In this document: positions 40,301 to 47,136 of the stretch, piece by piece
How the letters are laid out: every line of letters starts with the position of its first letter
How positions within the stretch are numbered: the first letter of the stretch is position 1
Assembly: GCA_021163845.1 (NCBI GenBank)
Contig: JAGGTH010000078.1
Coordinates: 2,607-66,606 of the forward strand
DNA from: Helicobacteraceae bacterium
Lineage (GTDB): Bacteria > Campylobacterota > Campylobacteria > Campylobacterales > Sulfurimonadaceae
Direction: 5' to 3'
Length of the DNA stretch: 64,000 nucleotides
Made by a program: the position numbers and the translations under genes
The notes under the pieces: generated by a model
The model's database searches: none
What the model was told of the DNA's origin: nothing
Seen by the model: the letters and a program-made list of their open reading frames with translations, nothing else

Positions 40301-41860
40301 ACCTCCTTCACAACTATCTTCTTCTACTATATCTCGAACAGGTTCACCTCCAACCTTTGGGCTAAATGGAGCTTGCATCTGAGTTTGACCTGTTGCGTTG
40401 CTATTGTTGTGAAAGTCTGTAGCGCCACCTATACACTCGATATCTCCACTACATCTTGGATCTGACTGTGCTGCGTAGCCACTACCACCACTGTAGCCAC
40501 CGCCACTTCCACTGTAGCCACCACTACCGCCACCGCCGCCTGAAAAGCTGTATCCTCCAGAAGAACCGGAAGAAAAAACAATCGCTTTTGGAGGGGTAGG
40601 ACTTGGCGTATGGTTTACAGGTGGGCAATTTGGAGCTACAGATGGAGCAATAAAAAATGCGGATGAGCCTCCCGTAGCGTCGCCTCCATCTTCCTCTTCA
40701 TCATCTGTATCATCATCTTCCTCATCTTCTCTATACACTTTTATGTTAGAGACATGCCCCAAGTTGATATCTGATTTGCTCTTGATAGTAAAAAGCATCG
40801 AGTCACTTGCCCCTGGTGTTCTCGTCACAAGTTCTACGGTAAGCGGATAGATAGATGGATCATCAAAGATCTCAGCACTTGAGTCTTTTGGCATGATAGA
40901 TACTCCAAAAGTTCCTGGATAGATAGTCGCTTCACTTCTTATATGAAAGTGTTCAAAGGGTTTACATGTATCTTTTACATCTACGCTTCCTGCATCCCAA
41001 CCTACATTGAGATCCAGATCTACCTCCTCATTGTCCCACTTGAGGCTTATCTCTACTACTCCGCTGTTTGGTATCGGAGGAGGTGTATAATGTTCCTTGA
41101 AGTGTTCGATAGCATACTCAGGAAAACTGTCTATTTTATATTTTGAAACACTATTTTGATTACGATAATATTCAAAAAAATGAAACTTGTAATGAGCCAT
41201 ATCTAAGCCTGCTACGTTAAATCTTTCAGAGTTAATTATATTTGCACTCATGCTTGATGGCACAAAAGTTATGGGATCATTATCTAAGGTAGCCAAAGCA
41301 CCTCTTCCCTCATCCATACCGCTTACATGATCAGCTGGATTTGCAGTGCCTAGCATATAAAATGATCTTTGTTCGCATGGGCTTAAACTATCATATACTT
41401 CATTCGTAAAAAAGTTACCTTGAGAGTGGGCTATGACGATTACTTGATTTCCTGCATTTATGCTTGCTTTATAGGCTTCTTTTTGAAGGCTCAAATCAGC
41501 ACCATGATTTTTACTGACTCCACTATAGTAATCTATATAGTGCTGGGTTAATCTGCTGTGTGTTAAAGTGATAAAACTATTCCAATAAATACTCCAGCCG
41601 TTTTGGTCAAAAAGTTGTGCAGCTCCCTCTATGAAGTCCCAAAAACCACTTGTGGTATTATAAGCGGATTTGAAAGATTGGCTTTCGTAAATTTCTGGAT
41701 TAGAGTCTATTAGGTCTTCTTGTAATGCATCACGAGCCTCATCTGTCGAGTCTTTGTCGGTTAAAACTCCTGTAGCAAGGTAGATATCTGCGTTTGCATG
41801 TAGAGAACTTGTGCTAAAAAGACAAAGAAGGAAAATAAGAAATAACTTTTTCATTCCCAT
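34301..41860 (-). CDS. Giant secreted protein: lipase-like domain, linker, cadherin-like repeats and two 7-repeat LVIVD propellers
   Basis: Signal peptide; AHSQG nucleophile elbow; repeated cadherin motifs (LDYE, FTID.G.I, A.N..G); 14 repeats of TLSADGTKAYVAD..SGLQIID. Confidence 0.9.
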   Translation of the reverse strand: MGMKKLFLIFLLCLFSTSSLHANADIYLATGVLTDKDSTDEARDALQEDLIDSNPEIYESQSFKSAYNTTSGFWDFIEGAAQLFDQNGWSIYWNSFITLTHSRLTQHYIDYYSGVSKNHGADLSLQKEAYKASINAGNQVIVIAHSQGNFFTNEVYDSLSPCEQRSFYMLGTANPADHVSGMDEGRGALATLDNDPITFVPSSMSANIINSERFNVAGLDMAHYKFHFFEYYRNQNSVSKYKIDSFPEYAIEHFKEHYTPPPIPNSGVVEISLKWDNEEVDLDLNVGWDAGSVDVKDTCKPFEHFHIRSEATIYPGTFGVSIMPKDSSAEIFDDPSIYPLTVELVTRTPGASDSMLFTIKSKSDINLGHVSNIKVYREDEEDDDTDDEEEDGGDATGGSSAFFIAPSVAPNCPPVNHTPSPTPPKAIVFSSGSSGGYSFSGGGGGSGGYSGSGGGYSGGSGYAAQSDPRCSGDIECIGGATDFHNNSNATGQTQMQAPFSPKVGGEPVRDIVEEDSCEGGLSCKCIPCEYEIIPLKKQANYGPIRGADFSIYTLDGYRTQSSIYDGVTSYGETLYDAGEVDIPQGILETLEDEIFYVIKVQGGEDIDRDDDFTIDTIPTQNLGKAYALIKGEDIKNTGFKINILTTVAFTLLEDMIQKDATAQQLEEKIKEIASRLLRYKIYPQSEELNISNEDLIAWLPAIDKDLLLQFYEPLDAMVEKIYANESIYEEAYEYVYLKSSDDNSTQTVVDEYKPPIIKTFVSSIPEDAVGGTILGSIEILRGSEDLTFASLSGKGSELFTIDASGEIKLKEDAKLDYETKWLYKLKAEAINKNGSSGKVGVYISVKDIVDAPIFVSYEAQKISEDAKPGDTVGKITFDKGAAPIAAIEMQGESTDLFDITIDGTITVAQGASFDYESKYSYGFVVIAKNSYGNSMPAIVYINIDDVADSPKVTDYKGGYIHEDATSGSVVGEVIFDKGGAEIDSITLEGAGSQNFSIDIDGIVRVAPNAALDYESYNFYILTVHLSNTYGMASQNIFISVIDTLDVPSFVSFSGGNVKENAAVNTVVGQIVFDTGSVPIESVSLLGDSSGAFKILDNGTILVAKNILDYEQKNHYVLQATATNAFGSSQVVEVHIFVDDILERAVVLDDFVVNDIAENVAIETILGNIEILDNGSGAIYEYEIIGDKKEYFHVDAQGVVRTAKTLNFETDPEYKLKVKARNEAGWSYGVNLIVRLKDVVDEKPSFSASSIYFDVFENDDSIGKIDFHAGDSPVTSLTLSGTGSEKLSLDPSGDLRVKAGNILDYDRGQRYFGLSVTATNTAGSSSIPIEINVLNIQDIPEIYDVNLSTVFANITVDSIIGQINFHTGDSPLTHVELNGDDAHYFDVDTNGTIRIKTVLESFELKKTYDFTVAFVNSSGESLPKDIKVELLGQGELPIINNFQATVNENLVAGSIVGQIEVVSHGDAPIDGYHLEDTSQFVIDANGTIKVAPLAVLDYEKQHFIHLMVQASNVVGLSDPKYLHISLNNLIDTPPTLRDLNISINKEIAIGSIIGNLLLDKGDGIITEFSFSNSPFFTLEKNGNIKVSNSLLEQDDTHFELHATLTNSFGISNEAIVRITLITTPVLDDSSLKAFDNSTALIQIGKLPIIKNGNDIQSISLSGDGSSDFTVETDGVIRVAQGVTLQASRQDYYDLTVLINEMYEATLTINVHHRIIGSFDTPDTAWSVTLSADGTKAYVADGGSGLQIIDVGDPTAPTKLGSFDTSDYANGVTLSADGTKAYVADGWSGFQIIDVSDPTAPTRIGSFNTPGYALDVTLSADGIKAYVADGGSGLQIIDITDPTALITLGSFDTSGYANGVTFSADGTKAYVTDGGSGLQVIDVSDPTAPIRLGSFDTPNNVYGVTLSADGTKAYVADYNSGLQIIDITDSTTPTRLGSFNTPGYALDVTLSADGTKAYVADDSSGLQIIDITDPITPILLASINTPNYAWGVTLSADGTKAYVADRNSGLQIIDVSGFNVEQKVPSIKGFSSVIEASLVEGSFIGAVKIYYTGESGITSFRLDGERAEDFSIDQEGRISLAKQLEARADNIYTLKAIATNSIGERETDVTIRVHSIPEIKPFSKTINSMTPPDTLVGKLEMLVDDNTTISYIALSGEGSEYFYINSSGEIYVSEEAELHHFVKADYELEVTAINSYGSNDFPISINIKALVASFDTSRAQYVTLSADGTKAYVADYNSGLQIIDITDPATPTHLGSIDTPSYAYGVTLSADGTKAYVADGGSGLQIIDITDSTAPTRLGSFDTPGSTQDVTLSADGTTAYVADYNSGLQIIDIIDPATPTHLGSFGTPSYAQSVTLSADGTKAYVADSWSGFQIIDVNDPTAPIHLGSFDTPGSAVDVTLSADGTKAYVADYQSGVHIIDITDPTSPTRLGSFDTPGYAQDVTLSADGTKAYVAHGTKAYVANSYSGVQIIDITNPTAPTKLGSFDTPSNAQDVTLSADGTKAYVADHQSGLQIIDLTGLN
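34304..35233 (-). repeat. LVIVD-type ~132-bp coding repeat block 2 (7 units)
   Basis: Seven ~44-aa units; unit 6 carries a 24-bp internal duplication. Confidence 0.9.
35813..36718 (-). repeat. LVIVD-type 132-bp coding repeat block 1 (7 units)
   Basis: Seven 44-aa units GSF.T..YA..VTLSADGTKAYVAD..SG.QIID..DPT.P. Confidence 0.9.
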
Positions 41861-43224
41861 TCACCATCAATTACTTTACTTTCATTAAAATCACAACTCT
41901 CTTTATATTTAGATCTATCACGTGCGGGGTAAACACCTCCACTTAAGGCTTGATTATATTCATAATAAGCACGATTTCGTTCTCGTGTATTTAGCATTAG
42001 TGGTCTTGATTCTTTATGTAAACTTGTTCCTCTTGGAATAAGTTTTCTTTCATCTTGATACATATAATATGATTGACAATCTAGTCGAGCCTCCATAAAC
42101 TTAGTGGTTTCCCTCGCCTTAGAAGGATCCACAAGAATTATCTGAAACGCTCTGGCATTCTGCATAGCAACAGCTTGGACTATCGGCTCATCATACTCTT
42201 GATATACCCACCTTTCCACATCATCCCTAACACCATTATCATTTGTGTCAATTCCAAGAAGAGTAGAGTTATTTACAATTGGGTCTGGCTCAGGTGGAAG
42301 TCTGTGTCCGTTTATCTCTTTGTAGATCTCTAAGGCTACTGCGTTTGAAGTGATGTTTTGGAGCGAAGCTTGGATGAAGATGTTTGTATCTTTATGAAAG
42401 GTTTTTAGTATATTGTTTTTTATATCTATAGCTAGCTTATCTGTATAGATCCACTCTACTTCATTTGTAACATCTTTTGTGCTGTTGTCGCTATAAGTTG
42501 CTACTACTTTGAGTGTTGTATTTGTATCTACATTGAGTGAGTTTTTCTCTAGGGTGAGTTTGAGAGATTTGAGACTTACTGTAGGCTGGGTGGTGTTTGT
42601 CTCTGCTGTGGTGTTTGTTTCATTGGTCGTTGTGTTGGTTTCATTGCTTTGTTCTTCTAGTTCCACCTCTTTCGAGCTGGAATTAACAACCTCTGCAACC
42701 TGCTCTGCTTCCACCTCTCCTGAGGTGGAATTCATATCGGTATCACTCGCTTCTGTAACCTCCTCCTGTGGGGCAGGAAGCGTATCGGTACTCTCTGCTA
42801 CATCATTTTCCTCTTCCGCTTCTTCTTGCTGCTCTGGTTCCATCTCTAGTGGGGTGGAACCCGTATCGGTACTATCTTCTACAGAAAGTTTAGGATGCAC
42901 TGTAATATGCACCTGCTTTTTAAGTGTAAGATTCTTCTCTTGGATCTGTGCCGTAACCGCTTCAAGTTCAAATACCAAAGTCTCTTGCATTGCAACATCT
43001 GGAGCGATAAAACTAGGTGTCGCACTGTTTGCACCTACAAGAATAACAGAAGTTCCGCTTAACTGTCTCCAACTATAAGCTTGTGCTCCACTTGCTTGAA
43101 GATCTACTTTCTCTCCAGAAGAACTTGTAATGTTTGTTTCAACTTGAAGTGTTTCTTTGTCTGAGTTACATCCGAAGAAAAGGAATGTGAGAAGAAGTGT
43201 AAGTGTAAAAGGGAGAAGTTTCAT
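41851..43224 (-). CDS. Lipoprotein: PKD-like domain, acidic linker, Big-2-like domain, C-terminal PPEPDP/GIDxNxNGVRDD domain
   Basis: Lipobox FFGC; YSWRQLSG..PSFIAP; ATYSDNSTKDVT; GIDTNDNGVRDDVE; stop overlaps the start of the giant gene. Confidence 0.8.
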   Translation of the reverse strand: MKLLPFTLTLLLTFLFFGCNSDKETLQVETNITSSSGEKVDLQASGAQAYSWRQLSGTSVILVGANSATPSFIAPDVAMQETLVFELEAVTAQIQEKNLTLKKQVHITVHPKLSVEDSTDTGSTPLEMEPEQQEEAEEENDVAESTDTLPAPQEEVTEASDTDMNSTSGEVEAEQVAEVVNSSSKEVELEEQSNETNTTTNETNTTAETNTTQPTVSLKSLKLTLEKNSLNVDTNTTLKVVATYSDNSTKDVTNEVEWIYTDKLAIDIKNNILKTFHKDTNIFIQASLQNITSNAVALEIYKEINGHRLPPEPDPIVNNSTLLGIDTNDNGVRDDVERWVYQEYDEPIVQAVAMQNARAFQIILVDPSKARETTKFMEARLDCQSYYMYQDERKLIPRGTSLHKESRPLMLNTRERNRAYYEYNQALSGGVYPARDRSKYKESCDFNESKVIDGEWE

Positions 43225-43341
43225 AAGAGAACCTTTGTGAGTGATGTTTTTAGTTGTTATTTATTGTAGTTTATCAAAACTTTCACTTAGGTTAAAGTTT
43301 GTTTTATTTTAATTATATTTGTATGTCTCTTTCCGTTTTAC

Positions 43342-43410
43342 CTTGGATGTAGAATTTTCATGAAAGCTCAGAGCGAAGGCAAGCCATCCCTTCCAAAAGA
43401 GGTGGAACGA
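43342..43410. repeat. REP/BIME-like repeat, copy C
   Basis: CTTGGATGTAG..TTTCATGAAAGCTCAGAG, right arm CGAAGGCAAGCCAT (43374-43387), then CTTCCAAAAG. Confidence 0.85.
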
Positions 43411-43712
43411 GGAAGTGATATTTTTATTTTGAAACTGTACTGTCACCGCTTCAAGTTCAAACACTAAGCTCTCTTGTCCAGTCACACTAGGAGTAATAAA
43501 ACTAGCCGTAGCTTTGTTTACATTGACAAAGATAACATCTGTTCCACTTAACTGTCTCCAGCTATAAGCCAAAGCACCGCTTGCTTGCAACTCAACCATA
43601 TCCTCTGAATATGCTGTGAGATTGGTATCGACTTGAAGTGATTCTTTGCCTGAGCTACATCCCAAGAAGAGAGTTGTTGTTAGAAGTGTAAAAAGAGGTG
43701 AAGAAGTTTCAT
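43411..43712 (-). pseudogene. Frameshifted, truncated paralog of the 41851-43224 lipoprotein
   Basis: ASGALAYSWRQLSG..LVFELEAVT matches the neighbour. ATG at 43712 is out of frame with the LGC lipobox unless one base is added, for example in the A5 run at 43690-43694. Homology stops at repeat copy C. Confidence 0.8.
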
Positions 43713-43746
43713 GAGAGATCAGAACGAAGACAAGTACTCAAGGGTG

Positions 43747-43892
43747 CGAGCATAAACCATCGCTTCCAAAAGAGAAGCAAAGATTCATGACATAAAAGGA
43801 GCCAATGGCTTGCCTTTGGCAGAAAGTGGCTTGGGATGTAGGGCTTTTATGACAGTCAAGAGCGAAGGCAAGCCATCGCGTCCACAAAAGAG
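43747..43892. repeat. REP/BIME-like mosaic, copies D+E (arm R, linker 2, arm L, linker 1, arm R)
   Basis: Degenerate arm 43747-43760; 44 nt; ATGGCTTGCCTTTG 43805-43818; 44 nt; CGAAGGCAAGCCAT 43863-43876. Confidence 0.9.
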
Positions 43893-43905
43893 TGAGGGTA
43901 AGAGC

Positions 43906-44430
43906 CTATCGCATCACTTTTGTTTCAAAACTATTTCTAGCAACCTCAGCCTCTTCTAAAGAGCTATAGACATTTTTGCTAAAACTGCTAGTGAGATCAT
44001 AGACTTTTCCTTGAGAGAGGACAAAGATATCCTCGCCACGCCCTGTGGCATCCACTTCATACGAAAAACATATATTTTCATATTCACGTTCATCTGTGAA
44101 GTATATTCCCTTCTCTTGAAGTTCAAAGCGGTTACGCATAGTGTAGCTGTAGATCTCGATATCTTCATCGACGAGCTTATCTAAGAGGGTATCATACTCC
44201 TCTAGATGCTCTCCATCACTTAGGATGTAACAGCTCTTACACTCATCGAGGCACAAAAAGCGAACACTTTTTTGGTGGGGGATCTTTTGTAAAAACTCTT
44301 TTAGATTTGAAAGACGCACGGGCTCTTGTATCTCACTTTTTTGCTCAAGATTGTTGAGTGCTAGAGTATAAATAAGCCCTACGATCACCACAACGATCAA
44401 AAGCTCTAAAAGTGAGAAACCTTTTCTCAC
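43906..44430 (-). CDS. T2SS minor pseudopilin, GspH-like
   Basis: KGFSLLELLIV prepilin motif; directly after gspG. Confidence 0.75.
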   Translation of the reverse strand: MRKGFSLLELLIVVVIVGLIYTLALNNLEQKSEIQEPVRLSNLKEFLQKIPHQKSVRFLCLDECKSCYILSDGEHLEEYDTLLDKLVDEDIEIYSYTMRNRFELQEKGIYFTDEREYENICFSYEVDATGRGEDIFVLSQGKVYDLTSSFSKNVYSSLEEAEVARNSFETKVMR

Positions 44431-44433
44431 GAT

Positions 44434-44856
44434 CTACTTCTTACACTCGCTTAGCTTGATATCAGCCGCTTCATCTTTACCACCCTCAGCTCTATCAGCA
44501 CCAAGTGAGAGAAGTTCAATTTTTCCGTCATCATTGATATAGATATACTTACTTCCCCATGCATCTTTAGGGATCTCACCATCTTTGAGATATGCACTTT
44601 TTGAATAATTGGGATATTTCTCCTCATCAGGATTGCTCGCAAGTGCTTCTAGCCCCTCTTCGGTTGTGGGATACATCCCATTGTCAAGTTTGAACATATC
44701 GATGGCACCGTTATAAAGACTTTGCATCTGCACACATGCCAAATTGCGCTTTGCTTCTTCCCCTTTTCCTGTAAGACTTGGCATAACCATAGCAGCCAAA
44801 AGTCCCAAAATCACGATAACGATCATCAACTCTATCAAAGAAAACGCTTTTCTCAT
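44434..44856 (-). CDS. gspG: T2SS major pseudopilin
   Basis: AFSLIELMIVIVILGLLAAMV, YPTTEEGLEAL, DAWG..Y.Y, S.GAD..GG. Confidence 0.93.
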   Translation of the reverse strand: MRKAFSLIELMIVIVILGLLAAMVMPSLTGKGEEAKRNLACVQMQSLYNGAIDMFKLDNGMYPTTEEGLEALASNPDEEKYPNYSKSAYLKDGEIPKDAWGSKYIYINDDGKIELLSLGADRAEGGKDEAADIKLSECKK

Positions 44857-44925
44857 ACATATCTACCTTTTATTTTTTGTGGCTTATTATACATAAGTTT
44901 GATAACATCTTGCTACAATAACGCC

Positions 44926-45456
44926 ATGAAATATATCGTTATGGCACTCAAAAGTGAAGCACAGGCTCTTGTAGAGAGATATAAACTCCACAAATCAAAA
45001 CTTCGCGATTATACCCTTTTTGAAAATGAAAAGATGCAACTCATCATCAGTGGTGTGGGGGTTGAGAATGCGATGCGTGCGACGCAGACCCTTATAGATT
45101 TTTATGATATTAGTGATGAAGATATCTATATCAATCTCGGTATTTGCGCAGCAAGTAAAGAGTATGAGATCGGAGCACTCGTAGAGGTGGGAACTATTCT
45201 CTATCAAGAAGAGGAGTTTATCATCCACTCCTATCTTGAGAGTAAGATTCACTGCATGGATATAGAGCAAACAGATGCTACATCCGAGCTTGTCGATATG
45301 GAGAGTTTTGGCTTTTATGATGCTGTGCGCCACTCAAGTGCTATCAAAAACTTTCATATCTATAAGGTGGTAAGCGATCATTTTGAGCCACAAAGCGTCA
45401 CAAAAGATAGGACGAAAAAGCTTATTAGCGATGTGTTAGAACAGCTAGAACTCTAA
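44926..45456 (+). CDS. Nucleoside phosphorylase/nucleosidase-like protein (PNP_UDP family)
   Basis: VMAL..EA, ISGVG, INLGICAA, VDMES and KVVSD motifs. Start moved from 44722 because that extension overlaps gspG. Confidence 0.7.
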   Translation: MKYIVMALKSEAQALVERYKLHKSKLRDYTLFENEKMQLIISGVGVENAMRATQTLIDFYDISDEDIYINLGICAASKEYEIGALVEVGTILYQEEEFIIHSYLESKIHCMDIEQTDATSELVDMESFGFYDAVRHSSAIKNFHIYKVVSDHFEPQSVTKDRTKKLISDVLEQLEL

Positions 45457-45465
45457 GGATATTAT

Positions 45466-47136
45466 ATGCGCACACTCTTTCTTTTTTTTCTTTTGCTAAG
45501 CTCTTTGCTTGCAGACCAAGAACTCAAATCTCAGATCGCACGTATGCTCATCTTAGGCTTTGATGAACATACAATAGATGAAAATTCCAAAATCACCAAA
45601 ACACTCCAAAAACACATCCTCGGCGGAGTAATCCTTTTTGATAGATTTTATGATGATCGTGACAAGATAAAAAACATAAGCTCGCCAGAGCAAGTTCGAG
45701 CCCTTACATCCCAGCTTCAAAACTACGCACAAAAAAGACTCTTTATCGCTATCGATCAAGAAGGTGGAAAGGTAGCACGCCTTAAAGAGCGCGATGGCTT
45801 TGCCCCTGCCCCTTCTGCTGCATCACTCAAATCGCAGAGTGCTGCAGAGAGTACAAAAGTGTATGACACCCAATCGCAAATGCTTCAAGACCTAGGAATA
45901 AACCTCAACTTCGCTCCTGTAGTCGATCTCGCCTTAGAGCCAAAAAACAAAGTGATCTACGCCCTAGAACGCTCTTATGGCAAAGAGCCTTTCGATGTAG
46001 CAAAATTTGCCAAGATCATGATCGATGCCCAAGAAAAACACAACATCATCTCGGTGCTCAAACACTTTCCAGGGCATGGCTCTTCGCTAGCAGATTCTCA
46101 CGAGGGCTTTGTTGATATCACCAATACATGGCAAGAAAAAGAGCTCGAACCCTACAAACAGCTGATACAAAACGGTGATGCGCAGATGATTATGAGTGCA
46201 CATGTTTATAACAAAAAGCTCGATGCAAAGTACCCTGCCACTCTTTCCAAAACAATCAATACAAAACTTTTACGCCAACAGCTCGGCTTTAAAGGAGTGC
46301 TTGTAAGTGATGATCTACAAATGAAGGCGATTAGCGAACACTACTCACTCAAAGAGGCTGTGACACTCGCGATCAACTCGGGGGTCGATATGCTCCTCTT
46401 TGGCAATCAACTCGCACACAACAGTGCCGATGAGATCGTAAATACCATCTATGCACAGATAAAGAATGGCTCGATCTCACACGAGCGTATCACCGAGGCT
46501 AACAAGCGCATAGAGCATCTTATCACTGGCTCGCGTATCATCCAAAAGCCTATTACATTCAAGCAAGAACGCATAGAGATGACAAAGCGCTACATCCAAG
46601 AGCACTATGCTTTGGATGTAGAAGATATACAGATCACGCCTAAAGTGATCGTACTGCATTGGACGGCGATCATGGACTTTGAGAAGTGTTTTTCTCTTCT
46701 AGAGCCAGAGCATCTGCTCTCACACCGTAGTGATATCTCAGACGCAGGCGCGCTCAATGTCTCAGCACACTTTTTAGTCAAACGAGATGGCACGATCTAC
46801 CAGCTTATGCCAACTGACTCGATGGCGCGCCATGTAATAGGTCTGAACTACTCAAGTATCGGTATCGAAAATGTCGGCGGTGAGGGAAATGTCAAAGAGG
46901 ATCTCACCCCTGCACAAGTTGAGGCCAATATCGCTTTAGTGAAATACCTCAAACACCAATACCCCCAGATCGAATACCTCATCGGGCACCACGAATATTT
47001 AGAGATGCAAGATTCACCCCTTTGGCTTGAGAAAGACCCAAACTATCGCACTGACAAAGCAGACCCAGGGGAGAGCTTTATGCAAGCGGTGCGCTCAGAG
47101 CTCAAAGCCTTAGAGCTTAAGGGTGTTCGTGAGTAG
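45466..47136 (+). CDS. GH3 beta-N-acetylhexosaminidase (NagZ-like) fused to an Amidase_2 N-acetylmuramoyl-L-alanine amidase; exported
   Basis: Signal peptide; IDQEGG, KHFPGHG and SDDLQM; C-terminal LHWT, SAHFLV.RDG, HVIG.N..SIGIE and GHHE. Confidence 0.9.
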   Translation: MRTLFLFFLLLSSLLADQELKSQIARMLILGFDEHTIDENSKITKTLQKHILGGVILFDRFYDDRDKIKNISSPEQVRALTSQLQNYAQKRLFIAIDQEGGKVARLKERDGFAPAPSAASLKSQSAAESTKVYDTQSQMLQDLGINLNFAPVVDLALEPKNKVIYALERSYGKEPFDVAKFAKIMIDAQEKHNIISVLKHFPGHGSSLADSHEGFVDITNTWQEKELEPYKQLIQNGDAQMIMSAHVYNKKLDAKYPATLSKTINTKLLRQQLGFKGVLVSDDLQMKAISEHYSLKEAVTLAINSGVDMLLFGNQLAHNSADEIVNTIYAQIKNGSISHERITEANKRIEHLITGSRIIQKPITFKQERIEMTKRYIQEHYALDVEDIQITPKVIVLHWTAIMDFEKCFSLLEPEHLLSHRSDISDAGALNVSAHFLVKRDGTIYQLMPTDSMARHVIGLNYSSIGIENVGGEGNVKEDLTPAQVEANIALVKYLKHQYPQIEYLIGHHEYLEMQDSPLWLEKDPNYRTDKADPGESFMQAVRSELKALELKGVRE

